Source: Leucoraja ocellata
Taxonomy: Eukaryota
Length of the DNA: 64,000 bases
Assembly (NCBI GenBank): GCA_036785375.1
Contig: JAWMAR010000020.1
Location: 5,146,001 to 5,210,000, forward strand
Direction: 5' to 3'
Part shown: positions 37,501 to 47,337 of the stretch, piece by piece
Numbering within the stretch: position 1 is the first letter of the stretch
How the letters are laid out: every line of letters begins with the position of its first letter
Made by a program: the position numbers and the translations under genes
The notes under the pieces: generated by a model
Databases searched by the model: none
The model's input: the letters and a program-made list of their open reading frames with translations, nothing else
Told to the model about the DNA's origin: nothing

Positions 37501-40326
37501 GTGGTACATAAGCCCATGTATTTCCCTTCAGTCCCCTTGGAAAGACTATCAATCAACATCAGGAGCTTTCCGGGGCTTTCCCAGCATGGCCGCTGCATCG
37601 CAACCCGCTCATCTCGTCGCCTTCCCGGGCTGGCCGAGCCTTGCCGCCCCGCCGACCATCTGCCCACCGGGACCTCCCACACATCGCCCGCGGACCCCGA
37701 CTCAACCGCCCATCTACGCCGAACATCGGGTCCGCTGACCCGCGCCACTGGACTCTCACCATCGGGTCCGCTGACCCGCGCCACTCCACCTCCCTCCAAC
37801 AACCCACAGCCGTCGCCTTACCTGGAGCCTGGACTCTCCACTGGGCCTGAAGCCCTCACGCTGCTTACTCCCACTCTCCTGGGTTTGACTCCACTGGGTC
37901 CTAGTGCCAGTCGACCCAGCCTGGTCTACCTCAGTGGCAGTTCGACTGAGTCTCCTCCCCCCACCCCCTCTAACTGTAAGTCTCCTCCCCCCACCCCCTC
38001 TAACTGTGTGGCCCCTGCTCTTCCCCACCCACACCACAGCCCTCTCACCCCCCCACCCCCTGACCACCCACCACCCCCCCACCACACATCGCCTCGTCCC
38101 CACCTGCCTTCCTCCGGCCCCAACCCCCATCCCTGTCGAGTGTTCACCATCCCCCCCGACCTCCCCCTCTCCAACACCGAATGGTCCGTCCTCAACAGAG
38201 GTCTTACCTTTGTCCCCCTCCGTCCCCACCTCAATGAATTCCGCGCCCACCACGACTTGGAGCGCTTCTACCGTCGCCTCCGCCTCACAGCTTTCTTCCA
38301 TGGGAAGGAGTCCTCGCCCCCCACTGATGACCCCTTTTCCCGTCTCCAACGCACCCCCTCCTCGTGGAACCCCCCTCGTGGCCAATTTCCGGCTTTAGAA
38401 CTTTTTATCAATAACTGCCGTCGCGACATCAACCGCCTCAACTTCTCCACTCCCCTGTCTCACTCCAATCTCTCACCACATGAACGTTCTGCCATCGACT
38501 CACTCCGCAACAACCCAGATTTGGTTATCAAACCCGCTGACAAGGGAGGTGCCGTGGTAGTCTGGCGCGCCGATCTCTACAAAGCTGAGGCCACGCGCCA
38601 ACTATCGGACACCTCCTCCTACTTACCCCTGGACCATGACCCCACTGACGAGCACCAGGCCACCATCTCCAGCACCATCACCAACTTCATCCACTCCAAT
38701 GCCCTACCCGACCGAGCCTCCAACCTCATCGTTCCCCAGCCCCGCACAGCCCGATTTTACCTTCTCCCTAAAATCCACAAACCTGATTGTCCCGGAAGAC
38801 CCATTGTCTCCGCCTGTTCGTGCCCCACCGAACTCATTTCCAAATACCTTGACTCCATCCTATCACCCTTGGTTAAATCCCTCCCTACCTATGTTCAAGA
38901 CACCTCAGACACTCTCCGTCGTCTCCGCGCATTCAATTCTCTAGGCCCTCACCCCCTCATCTTCACCATGGACGTCCAATCACTATACACCTCCATCCCC
39001 CACCACGATGGTCTCACAGCCCTCCGGTTCTTCCTCGACCAGAGAAGCAACCCATACCCAGCCACTGACACTCTCCTCCGCCTAGCGGAGCTGGTCCTTA
39101 CCCTCAATAACTTCACGTTCGACTCCTCCCACTTCCTCCAAATACAAGGCGTAGCTATGGGCACACGCATGGGCCCCAGCTATGCCTGCCTATTTGTAGG
39201 TTACGTCGAGCAATCCTTGTTCAATACATACCAGGGCCCCATCCCCGACCTCTACCTCCGCTACATCGACGACTGCTTTGGTGCCACCTCCTGCACCCGC
39301 ACACAACTGACTGACTTCATCGACTTCACCACTAACTTCCATCTGGCACTCAAATACACCTGGACCATTTCCGACACTTCCCTACCATTCCTTGACCTCA
39401 CTATCTCCATTGCAGGTGATAGACTTCTAACCGACATACACTATAAACCCACTGACTCCCATGGCTATCTGGACTACACTTCTTCCCACCCTGCTTCCTG
39501 TAAGGACTCCATCCCCTACTCCCAATTCCTCCGTCTACGCCGCATCTGCTCCACGGATGAGGCGTTCCACACGAGGACATCTGAAATGTCCTCACTATTC
39601 AGGGAACGGGTGTTCCCCTCCTCCACCATAAATGAGGCTCGCACCAGGGTCTCTTCCATACCCCACAACACTGCTCTCTCTCCCCATCCCCGCACTCGCA
39701 ACAAGGGCCGAGTCCCCCTAGTCCTCACCTTTCACCCCACCAGCCGTCACATACAAAAAGTAATCCTCCGTCAGTTTCGCCACCTCCAACGTGACCCCAC
39801 TACTCGCCACATCTTCCCATCTCCCCCCATATCTGCCTTCCGCAAAGACCACTCCCTCCATAACTCCCTTGTCAATTCTTCCCTTCCCTCTCGGTCCACC
39901 CCCTCCCCGGGCACTTTCCCTTGCAACCGCAAGAGATGCAACACTTGTCCCTTTACCTCCCCCCTCGACTCCGTTCAAGGACCCAAGCAATCGTTCCAGG
40001 TGCGACAGAGGTTTACCTGCATCTCTTCCAACCTCATCTATTGCGTCCGCTGCTCTAGATGTCAGCAGATCTATATCGGTGAGACCAAGCGGAGGTTGGG
40101 CGATCGTTTCGCCGAACACCTCCGCTCGGTCCGCAATAACCAAGCTGACCTCCCGGTGGCTCAGCACTTCAACTCCCCCTCCCACTCCGCCTCCGACCTC
40201 TCTGTCCTGGGTCTCCTCCATGGCCACAGCGAGCAGCACCGGAAATTGGAGGAACAGCACCTCATATTCCGTTTGGGGAGTCTGCACCCCGGGGGCATGA
40301 ACATCGAATTCTCCCAATTTTGTTAG
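37501..40326 (+). CDS. Penelope-like RT / GIY-YIG endonuclease polyprotein (uninterrupted; first ~22 codons are flanking DNA)
   Basis: IKPADKGG, FYLLPKIHK, GRPIVS, MDVQSLYT, GVAMG, RYIDD, LPFLD; linker CNRKRCNTC; NLIYCVRC..C..IYIGET..L..RF.EH endonuclease ending in GMN. Confidence 0.9.
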   Translation: MVHKPMYFPSVPLERLSINIRSFPGLSQHGRCIATRSSRRLPGLAEPCRPADHLPTGTSHTSPADPDSTAHLRRTSGPLTRATGLSPSGPLTRATPPPSNNPQPSPYLEPGLSTGPEALTLLTPTLLGLTPLGPSASRPSLVYLSGSSTESPPPTPSNCKSPPPTPSNCVAPALPHPHHSPLTPPPPDHPPPPHHTSPRPHLPSSGPNPHPCRVFTIPPDLPLSNTEWSVLNRGLTFVPLRPHLNEFRAHHDLERFYRRLRLTAFFHGKESSPPTDDPFSRLQRTPSSWNPPRGQFPALELFINNCRRDINRLNFSTPLSHSNLSPHERSAIDSLRNNPDLVIKPADKGGAVVVWRADLYKAEATRQLSDTSSYLPLDHDPTDEHQATISSTITNFIHSNALPDRASNLIVPQPRTARFYLLPKIHKPDCPGRPIVSACSCPTELISKYLDSILSPLVKSLPTYVQDTSDTLRRLRAFNSLGPHPLIFTMDVQSLYTSIPHHDGLTALRFFLDQRSNPYPATDTLLRLAELVLTLNNFTFDSSHFLQIQGVAMGTRMGPSYACLFVGYVEQSLFNTYQGPIPDLYLRYIDDCFGATSCTRTQLTDFIDFTTNFHLALKYTWTISDTSLPFLDLTISIAGDRLLTDIHYKPTDSHGYLDYTSSHPASCKDSIPYSQFLRLRRICSTDEAFHTRTSEMSSLFRERVFPSSTINEARTRVSSIPHNTALSPHPRTRNKGRVPLVLTFHPTSRHIQKVILRQFRHLQRDPTTRHIFPSPPISAFRKDHSLHNSLVNSSLPSRSTPSPGTFPCNRKRCNTCPFTSPLDSVQGPKQSFQVRQRFTCISSNLIYCVRCSRCQQIYIGETKRRLGDRFAEHLRSVRNNQADLPVAQHFNSPSHSASDLSVLGLLHGHSEQHRKLEEQHLIFRLGSLHPGGMNIEFSQFC
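37723..37785 (+). repeat. Two copies of CATCGGGTCCGCTGACCCGCGCCACT in the PLE 5' region
   Basis: Direct repeat (SGPLTRAT x2). A second 30-bp tandem duplication lies at about 37949-38008 (SPPPTPSNC x2). Confidence 0.85.
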
Positions 40327-40439
40327 TCCTTGCTGTCTCCTCCCCTTCCTCAGCCCCCCTGCTGTCTCCTCCCATCCCCCAGCCTTCTGGCTACTCCTCC
40401 TTTTCCCTTTCTTGTCCCCACCCACCCCCGCCCCCGATC

Positions 40440-40473
40440 AGTCTGAAGAAGGGTTTCGGCCCGAAACGTTGCC
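40440..40473 (+). ncRNA. Minimal type-I hammerhead ribozyme motif in the PLE 3' terminus
   Basis: CUGAAGA (40443-49), extra A, stem II GGGU-UUCG-GCCC, GAAAC then GUU, palindromic AACGUU stem III. Stem I is only about 2 bp by eye. Confidence 0.7.
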
Positions 40474-41142
40474 TATTTCCTTCGCTCCATAGATGCTGCT
40501 GCACCCGCTGAGTTTCTCCAGCTTTTTTGTGTAACATCAGGAGACTGTTCCCTCCTTTTTCATGAATGTCCTTTCTGAAAATGTCCAAGCAGATGATAAC
40601 CATGGGTGTAAAGGAATTTTTACTTACATGCGGCAAAAACGTGGTCAAATATTTAATCTGCTTATTGTTCAAACAATACCAGCAAACAAAACTTCTTGGA
40701 ATTGTTTTCACAGTGATTGTTGTTGTATGTTCAATACAAAGTTTGGGTAAAATCTCTTATCTCAAAATAATAGGTTTAACCACTCCATAACTTCACTTGA
40801 TGCAGCCTTGCTAATGTGACAACTTGTTACGACAAATGTGGAATAGGTTTGGTTCCTCATCTGTACATTGACTCAATTCTGTCCATCCTTCTCAGTGTCT
40901 GCTCTTCAGCACTGAGTTTTGTGGCATCTGTGATTTCAGATGCAGTCACTGGGAAATCCACATCAGTTGTGGTACAGAGCAGAGCAGCATCCTTGCAGCT
41001 CCCACACCTTGGGCTCAGTCCTGACCTGCATTACTATCCGTGTGCTGTTTTCACGTTTTACCTGTTACTGCATAGTTATCTTCTCATGCTCTGGTTTCTG
41101 CCAGGTCCTAAACACAAGAATGCTGATAGGTTAATTGGGTGT

Positions 41143-41880
41143 ATTGGATTGGATTGGATTCAATTTATTGTCATTGCACTTTTCAGTGCAACAAAATGGT
41201 TTAGCCTGCAGTCATAACATAGAATAAATAACAAACACTCAACACAGTTTAAAGTCCCAAAGTCATTGTCTCTTCCCTCCTTGCTCTCCCTCTGCGCTGA
41301 GGCAATCTAAGCCTCCGATGTTACGACCCCACCGGGTGATGGTAAGTCAGTCCCGCGGCTGAATCCGTGCTCCGCAAACGGACCGGTTCAAACTCCGCGG
41401 CCCGGGGTGGTCGAAGCTGCCGAAGCTGCCGCCCTCCAGTCCAGCGGACGCAGCTGTAGTTGCAGGAGCTCCGGAAAAACAGGTGACCACCTGTGAGCTC
41501 CCGACGATGTCGTCCACTGGCCCGAGGCCCAGCCTCCGAGGCTCCAAAGTCGGGTCGGAAGTTGGGTCGCACCGCAACCACAGCCCCGAAGTCGACTAGC
41601 CTCGCGATGGTAAATCCTGGCTCTGCCTCCGCAGCCTCGAGGTCGGTCGCAGTTGGAGGCCGCCAGCTCCGCGATAGGCCTCAGCGCAGACAGACACGGA
41701 GACTGGGGATACGGCAGGAAAGGTCGCATCCCCCTCCGAAGGAAGAGTCAAAAAACATACCACACCCACCCCCCACACATACACAACTAAATAAACCGAA
41801 ATAAACTGCAACAACGGGACAAAAGAAAACAAAAAATAGAAAAGACAACGGACTGCAGGCGAGCCGCTGCTGCAAGGCAA
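41143..41880 (-). mobile_element. GC-rich non-coding retroposon with (ATCCA)n tail, inserted in an older SINE
   Basis: Minus strand starts TTGCCTTGCAGCAGCGGCTCGCCTGCAGTCCGT and ends ATGACAATAAATTGAATCCAATCCAATCCAAT. No credible ORF. Confidence 0.7.
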
Positions 41881-42409
41881 CTTGTATGAGGGCAGAGTTG
41901 AAAGGGATGTGAGAGATGGAGAATAGATTACTTGGGAATTAAGGACTCTGGGAGCAAGACTGATGGGACTGCTTTAAGAGCTGGCATAAATTTGATCGGC
42001 AAAATGGTTGTCTATCTTTGTGAATATGAAAATAATGTAGTTACCTTGTAGACCACACTTTCACTTCCAACTTCAGAACATTCATGAGTCATTCTGAGTC
42101 ATTTGTAACTGTCACTGTATGTCATGTTGTTACTTGTGGGCGGAGCGCCAAGGCAAATTCCTTGTATGTGAATACTTGGCCAATAAACTTACTTACTTAC
42201 TTCATATGGTAACATATGGTAAAAGACCGTTCAAGAGAGTCTCGTCTGAGAAATCTTGGAGGTCAGGGAAATCACTGAGAGGGAGAAGAACGAGAAAATT
42301 GGAGGAATTTAGCTTATGGGGCATTTTGGTCTTTGAAATGCAGCAGCAAGCAAAGACAAGTTTTTGGCTTCAACAGTATTTTCACTAGTTAACCAGGTGA
42401 CATTAAAGG

Positions 42410-42650
42410 TTCCTTCTGTTTCACATCTTCTGCTTTAATCTCTGGCCTTTCTTACAACCATCTGCCTATTAAAACCTCCCTCACCTGTGTCCACTTATTC
42501 CCTGCCACTTCTTGTCCTGCCTCTCCTCTCTCTCAGTTTACTAACCCCCCTCCTTAATCTGAAGAAGGGTCCCAACCCGTAACGTCACCTGTCCATGTTC
42601 TCCGCAGATGCTGCATGACCTGCTAAGTTACTCCAGCACTTTGTGCCCTA
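42410..42650 (+). repeat. Non-autonomous Penelope-like tail with hammerhead motif
   Basis: CTGAAGAAGGGTCCCAACCCGTAACGTCACC at 42559, preceded by pyrimidine-rich sequence like the PLE 3'UTR. Confidence 0.7.
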
Positions 42651-43883
42651 CCTTAAAGTAACAATTCCCTTATAGGCAATTATTTTCCTGGACATTTTCA
42701 GAATCAGTTCCAACAGAGTGCTGCTCTGCTGTGCCTCTCTGACTGTGAAATGCAGCTAAACCAGTCTTCAGCGGTGGACAAAACTCTCTGGATGGAATTC
42801 CCACTGTCACTGCTTTCACACGCAAGTTCGAAAGTTCACCTTTGCATTCTCAACAGCCTTTACAGAATTCTGCAGGTACATGCACAAACTTTTAATAAGG
42901 CATAATCTAAAAAGGCAGCATATTGCTGTGTAAGGATATGTTCTTCAATGATCGAATCTGCCCTTGAACTGCGCCACCTATCTTGCAGATCCTTGTTCCA
43001 ATCATGTAGCTTTCTGGTGCTTTGACAGATTTGGATTAAAGTAATCTTCCAGTTTCTGCACAATATCTTTAAACAAGCCCCTTTTCACCTTGCCAGAGTG
43101 CCATTTCCTTCTGGCCAGTCTCCATTGGGAACATTGTTTCTTTCACATTCGCACATCACATCTGTTGGGGTGCTCGTGATATTACTTTACCCCTCAAAGC
43201 GCGTGCATATGTGTATATATATATATAAATTCAATATTTGTTTATTTTTTTAATTTCTTCTTTTTTCCCAATTGTTTCCAGCTGCCACTGATGATTAGTT
43301 TATGTTGCCTCTTGTTCCCGCTGCCCAGCGCTTCATTGTGACACGGCTGCATCAGATCTCTGGATCTTGATGAGAAACAGTGACTAGACTGGCCAACCCT
43401 GGTCATAAAGGCAAGATAGAATCCACCTTCACCTTTTCCGTTCATACACTTTCTAGCTGGTAGCTTTAATGATGACTTAGACACTTATCATTGAACAAAG
43501 TCATTATACCAAAAAATAAACTCAAAGCTGAAGAGAAATTAAATGTGTTTTAATATAAATTTGCAGAATGATGATTGCTGAAGGTGGCAAATACACATAA
43601 CTGATGAAGAATCTTGGACTATGAACTGCTTTCTTTCCACAGATGTCGCTTGTTTTGATTTTTTAAAATGCCAGTTTGTCTAAGCTTTCGGTTACCTGCC
43701 TTAATCTCTCTTTAACTGATGTCATATCCTGTCTGATTGCATCCTCTGGTATTTTGCTATGTTAAATACATTGTTTAAATGCAAGATGTTTTTGATCAAA
43801 CAAATTATATGGAGCCTTGTTTGGACAATCGGGAATGGCTTCATATTAATTTCCTGTCAGTGGGTTTAAACCAATTTGCCTGG

Positions 43884-43987
43884 ACTTACAGTGGTGTGTT
43901 GTCTTGACCTGTCAGGCCGGAGATTCCAGCCAGGCTCTCTGGAACAAGCCTGGAAACTACGTGATAGTCGTTGAGCTTTTATAAAAG
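43884..43987 (-). promoter_or_regulatory. Candidate TATA promoter plus short first exon and splice donor
   Basis: Minus-strand TATAAAAG (43976-43983), GTAAGT donor (43884-43889), non-repetitive context next to a GA tract. Motif-only evidence. Confidence 0.3.
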
Positions 43988-44014
43988 CACATTCACTCCC
44001 TGGTATCCCCCACA

Positions 44015-44200
44015 GAGAGCAAGGGAGAGAGAGAGAGAGCGAGAGAGGGGAGAGAAAAATAAAAGGAGAGAGTGTGTGAGTGAGAGAAAAATAAAAGGAG
44101 AGAGTGTGTGAGGGAGAGAGAGAGAGAGGAAGCGAAGGAGAGAGAGAGAGTGAGAGAGAGAGAGTGAGAGAGCAAGAGAGAGATGTGGAGAGAAAGAGAG
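44015..44200. repeat. (GA)n polypurine low-complexity tract
   Basis: Direct reading; includes a duplicated GAGAGAAAAATAAAAGGAGAGAGTGTGTGAG unit. Confidence 0.95.
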
Positions 44201-44589
44201 ATTGGAAACTGCAGCTAGGGAATGAATAGGAGGAATGAAGAATTGGAAAAGACAGGCTGAACAAAAACAAATTTTCTGCAAAAGGTTTCCCTGGAGATTG
44301 CCACTTAGATTGCACCATATTTGCACCACAAAATGAAATTTCTTCAAAACCCTCACGCCACAGTCTGTTTAAAATTGAATCATTCAATCCATCCTTAAGG
44401 GTCTGGACAACTTAAAATAAATTAAAATTTCAGATGAAATGCCAGCGTGAATTTTGTAAACCCTCCCTCTCATGTCCTTACAATTGAACCATGGGCTGGA
44501 CACTGAGGAGGGGTGCAGGGAACGGTGAAGGAGGGCGGATTGACGTTTGGATTCGGTTTTTCAGGGATTGAATGATCGCTTCAGTTTCA

Positions 44590-45100
44590 GCTGTGGGTTA
44601 ATGCAGTTTGGGAGGTGAACAAACGAGGAAAAATACAATGAAGTGGCGGAATATTGGGAGGTGCGGATGAACAGTGTGGAATGTATGTCCACAGCCCTTG
44701 AAAGGTAGCAGGCCAAGATAAAAGGTGTTTTTCAAAAGCATTTAGGAAGCTTTTATTTACTATGCAAGATATAAAAAATAAGATCAAGAGGGTTATGATA
44801 GGAATACATGCTTGCTAGGTTTTAGAATATTGTGTGGATTTCGCATCACCGCCTTACAGGGAAAAGCGATTGCTTTAGTCAAAAGAGATTCATGAGGATT
44901 TTGCCAAAACTGGAAAATTGTAGATATAACTATAAAACGGGGTGATTTTCTTTGGAAGAATATGAGCTGAGGAGAAACATAGTTGAGAAGAATAACATTA
45001 TGAGCAAACTAGATAGAATAAAGTGGAAGAACCCATTTCCCTAAGCAGAAGGTCAAAAGCCAGGTTTATAATTGGTAGAATTAGAGTGTGTCACTGTTTA
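44590..45100 (+). mobile_element. Highly degraded CR1 RT C-terminal fragment
   Basis: Vestiges of VHSPLKV..Q..KV..KA...L, LEYCV and RFMRILP. Confidence 0.55.
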
Positions 45101-45273
45101 CAGTTTTAGTTTATTTGAGTTTGGTTTATTATTGTCACGTGTACCAAGGTACAGTGAAGACTTTTTATTGTTACCTGCTAGCCAGGCAGCGTAAAGACTG
45201 TACATGATTACAATCTAGCCGTCCACAGTGAACTGAAACAGGATAAAGGGCATATTATTTAGTGCAAGATAAC

Positions 45274-46998
45274 CATATATAACCATATAACCATATAACA
45301 ATTACAGCACGGAAACAGGCCATCTCGACCCTTCTAGTCCGTGCCGAACACATAATCTCCCCTAGTCCCATATACCTGCGCTCAGACCATAACCCTCCAT
45401 TCCCTTCCCATCCATATAACTATCCAATTTATTTTTAAATGATAAAAACGAACCTGCCTCCACCACCTTCACTGGAAGCTCATTCCACACAGCTACCACT
45501 CTCTGAGTAAAGAAGTTCCCCCTCATGTTACCCCTAAACTTCAGTCCCTTAATTCTCAAGTCATGTCCCCTTGTTTGAATCTTCCCTACTCTCAGTGGGA
45601 AAAGCTTTTCCACGTCAACTCTGTCTATCCCTCTCATCATTTTAAAAACCTCTATCAAGTCCCCCCTTAACCTTCTTCGCTCCAAAGAATAAAGCCCTAA
45701 CTTGTTCAACCTTTCTCTGTAACTTAGTTGCTGAAACCCAGGCAACATTCTAGTAAATCTCCTCTGTACTCTCACTATTTTGTTGACATCCTTCCTATAA
45801 TTAGGCGACCAAAATTGTACACCATACTCCAGAATTGGCCTCACCAATGCCTTGTACAATTTTAACATTACATCCCAACTTCTATACTCAATGCTCTGAT
45901 TTATAAAGGCCAGCACACCAAAAGCTTTCTTTACCACCCTATCTACATGAGATTCCACTTTCAGGGAACTGTGCACAGTTATTCCCAGATCCCTCTGTTC
46001 ACCTACATTCTTCAATTCCCTACCATTTACCATGTACGTCCTATTTTGATTTGTCCTGCCAAGATATAGCACCTCACACTTATTAGCATTAAACTCCATC
46101 TGCCATCTTTCAGCCCACTCTTCCAACTGGCATAAATCTCTCTGTAGACTTTGAAACTCTACTTCATTACCCGCAACCCCACCTATCTTAGTATCATCTG
46201 CATACTTACTAATCCAATTTACCACACCATCATCCAGATCATTGATGTACATGACAAACAACAGTGGACCCAACACAGATCCCTGTGGCACCCCACTCGT
46301 CACTGGCCTCCAACCTGACAAACAACCATCCACCATTACACTCTGGCATCTCCCATTCAGCCACTGTTGAATCCATCTTGCTACTCCACCATTAATACCC
46401 AACCATTGAACCTTCTTAACCAACCTTCCATGAGGAATCTTGTCAAAGGCCTTACTGAAGTCCATATACACAACATCCACTGCTTTACCCTCATCAATTT
46501 CCCGAGTAACATCTTCAAAAAATTCAAGAAGATTAGTTAAACATGACCTTCCAGGCACAAATCCATGTTGACTGTTCCTAATCAGACCCTGTTTATCCAG
46601 ATGCTTATATATATTATCTCTAAGTATTCTTTCCATTAATTTGCCCACCACTGACGTCAAACTAACAGGTCTATAATTGCTAGGTTTACTCTTAGACCCC
46701 TTTTTAAACAATGGAACAACATGCGCAGTACGCCAATCCTCCGGCACTATTCCCGTTTCTAATGACATTTGAAATATTTCTGCCATAGCCCCTGCTATTT
46801 CTACACTAACTTCCCTCAATGTCCTAGGGAATATCCTGTCCGGACCTGGAGACTTATCCACTTTTATATTTCTCAAAAGTGTCAGTACTTCCTCTTCTTT
46901 GAATCTCATAGTTTCCATAGCTACTCTACTTGTTTCCCTTACCTCACATAATTCAATATCCTTCTCCTTGGTGAATACCGAAGAAAAGAAACTGTTCA
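45274..46998 (-). mobile_element. Young 5'-truncated CR1 LINE with uninterrupted RT reading frame
   Basis: ORF 45362-46999 (545 aa) nearly identical to the copy at 821-2456. (ACCATATA)n tail. ATAAC at both junctions (45269-45273, 46999-47003). It interrupts an older minus-strand LINE tail. Confidence 0.95.
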
Positions 46999-46999
46999 A
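45362..46999 (-). CDS. CR1 ORF2 RT domain (partial; lacks endonuclease and true start)
   Basis: All RT motifs including YADD, no stops. Confidence 0.85.
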   Translation of the reverse strand: MNSFFSSVFTKEKDIELCEVRETSRVAMETMRFKEEEVLTLLRNIKVDKSPGPDRIFPRTLREVSVEIAGAMAEIFQMSLETGIVPEDWRTAHVVPLFKKGSKSKPSNYRPVSLTSVVGKLMERILRDNIYKHLDKQGLIRNSQHGFVPGRSCLTNLLEFFEDVTREIDEGKAVDVVYMDFSKAFDKIPHGRLVKKVQWLGINGGVARWIQQWLNGRCQSVMVDGCLSGWRPVTSGVPQGSVLGPLLFVMYINDLDDGVVNWISKYADDTKIGGVAGNEVEFQSLQRDLCQLEEWAERWQMEFNANKCEVLYLGRTNQNRTYMVNGRELKNVGEQRDLGITVHSSLKVESHVDRVVKKAFGVLAFINQSIEYRSWDVMLKLYKALVRPILEYGVQFWSPNYRKDVNKIVRVQRRFTRMLPGFQQLSYRERLNKLGLYSLERRRLRGDLIEVFKMMRGIDRVDVEKLFPLRVGKIQTRGHDLRIKGLKFRGNMRGNFFTQRVVAVWNELPVKVVEAGSFLSFKNKLDSYMDGKGMEGYGLSAGIWD

Positions 47000-47176
47000 T
47001 AACGTCTGATTAAAGATAGTTCACAGTAGATGGGAAGTCAGGACCACACTGTTGCTGGTGAGAGAACGGTTCAGTTGCCTGATAACAGCTGAGAAGAAAC
47101 TGTCCCTGAAATTTGATGAGTGTAACACTAATAGAGGCTTCTAATAAGTGTGTAACTATAATAAGTGGGATTGCCT

Positions 47177-47337
47177 TTAGCTTAGTTTATTTAGATTAGA
47201 CATACAGTGTGGAAATAGGCCCTTTGGTCCATCGAGTCCGCACTGACCAGCGATCTCCGCACACTTACGCTACCCTAAACACATTAGGGACAATGTACAT
47301 TTATACCAATTAACTTACAAACCTGTATGTCTTTGGC
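47177..47337 (-). mobile_element. SINE 3' half
   Basis: (TTTAG)-type tail and GAGTCCGCACTGACCAGCGATC body. Confidence 0.7.

Larger units (their letters stand above)
37566..40532 (+). mobile_element. Penelope-like element (Neptune-type architecture), 5'-truncated, young
   Basis: RT plus GIY-YIG ORF, 3' tail with hammerhead motif, exact 11-bp direct repeat AACATCAGGAG at 37555-37565 and 40533-40543. Confidence 0.95.

Noticed and set aside
37756-40425. Overlapping and antisense ORFs (209, 164, 235, 169 aa) within the PLE
   Set aside because: Shadow frames of a C-rich coding strand.
43866-44387. 173-aa and 125-aa Leu/Ser-rich ORFs
   Set aside because: Derived from the (GA/TC)n tract.
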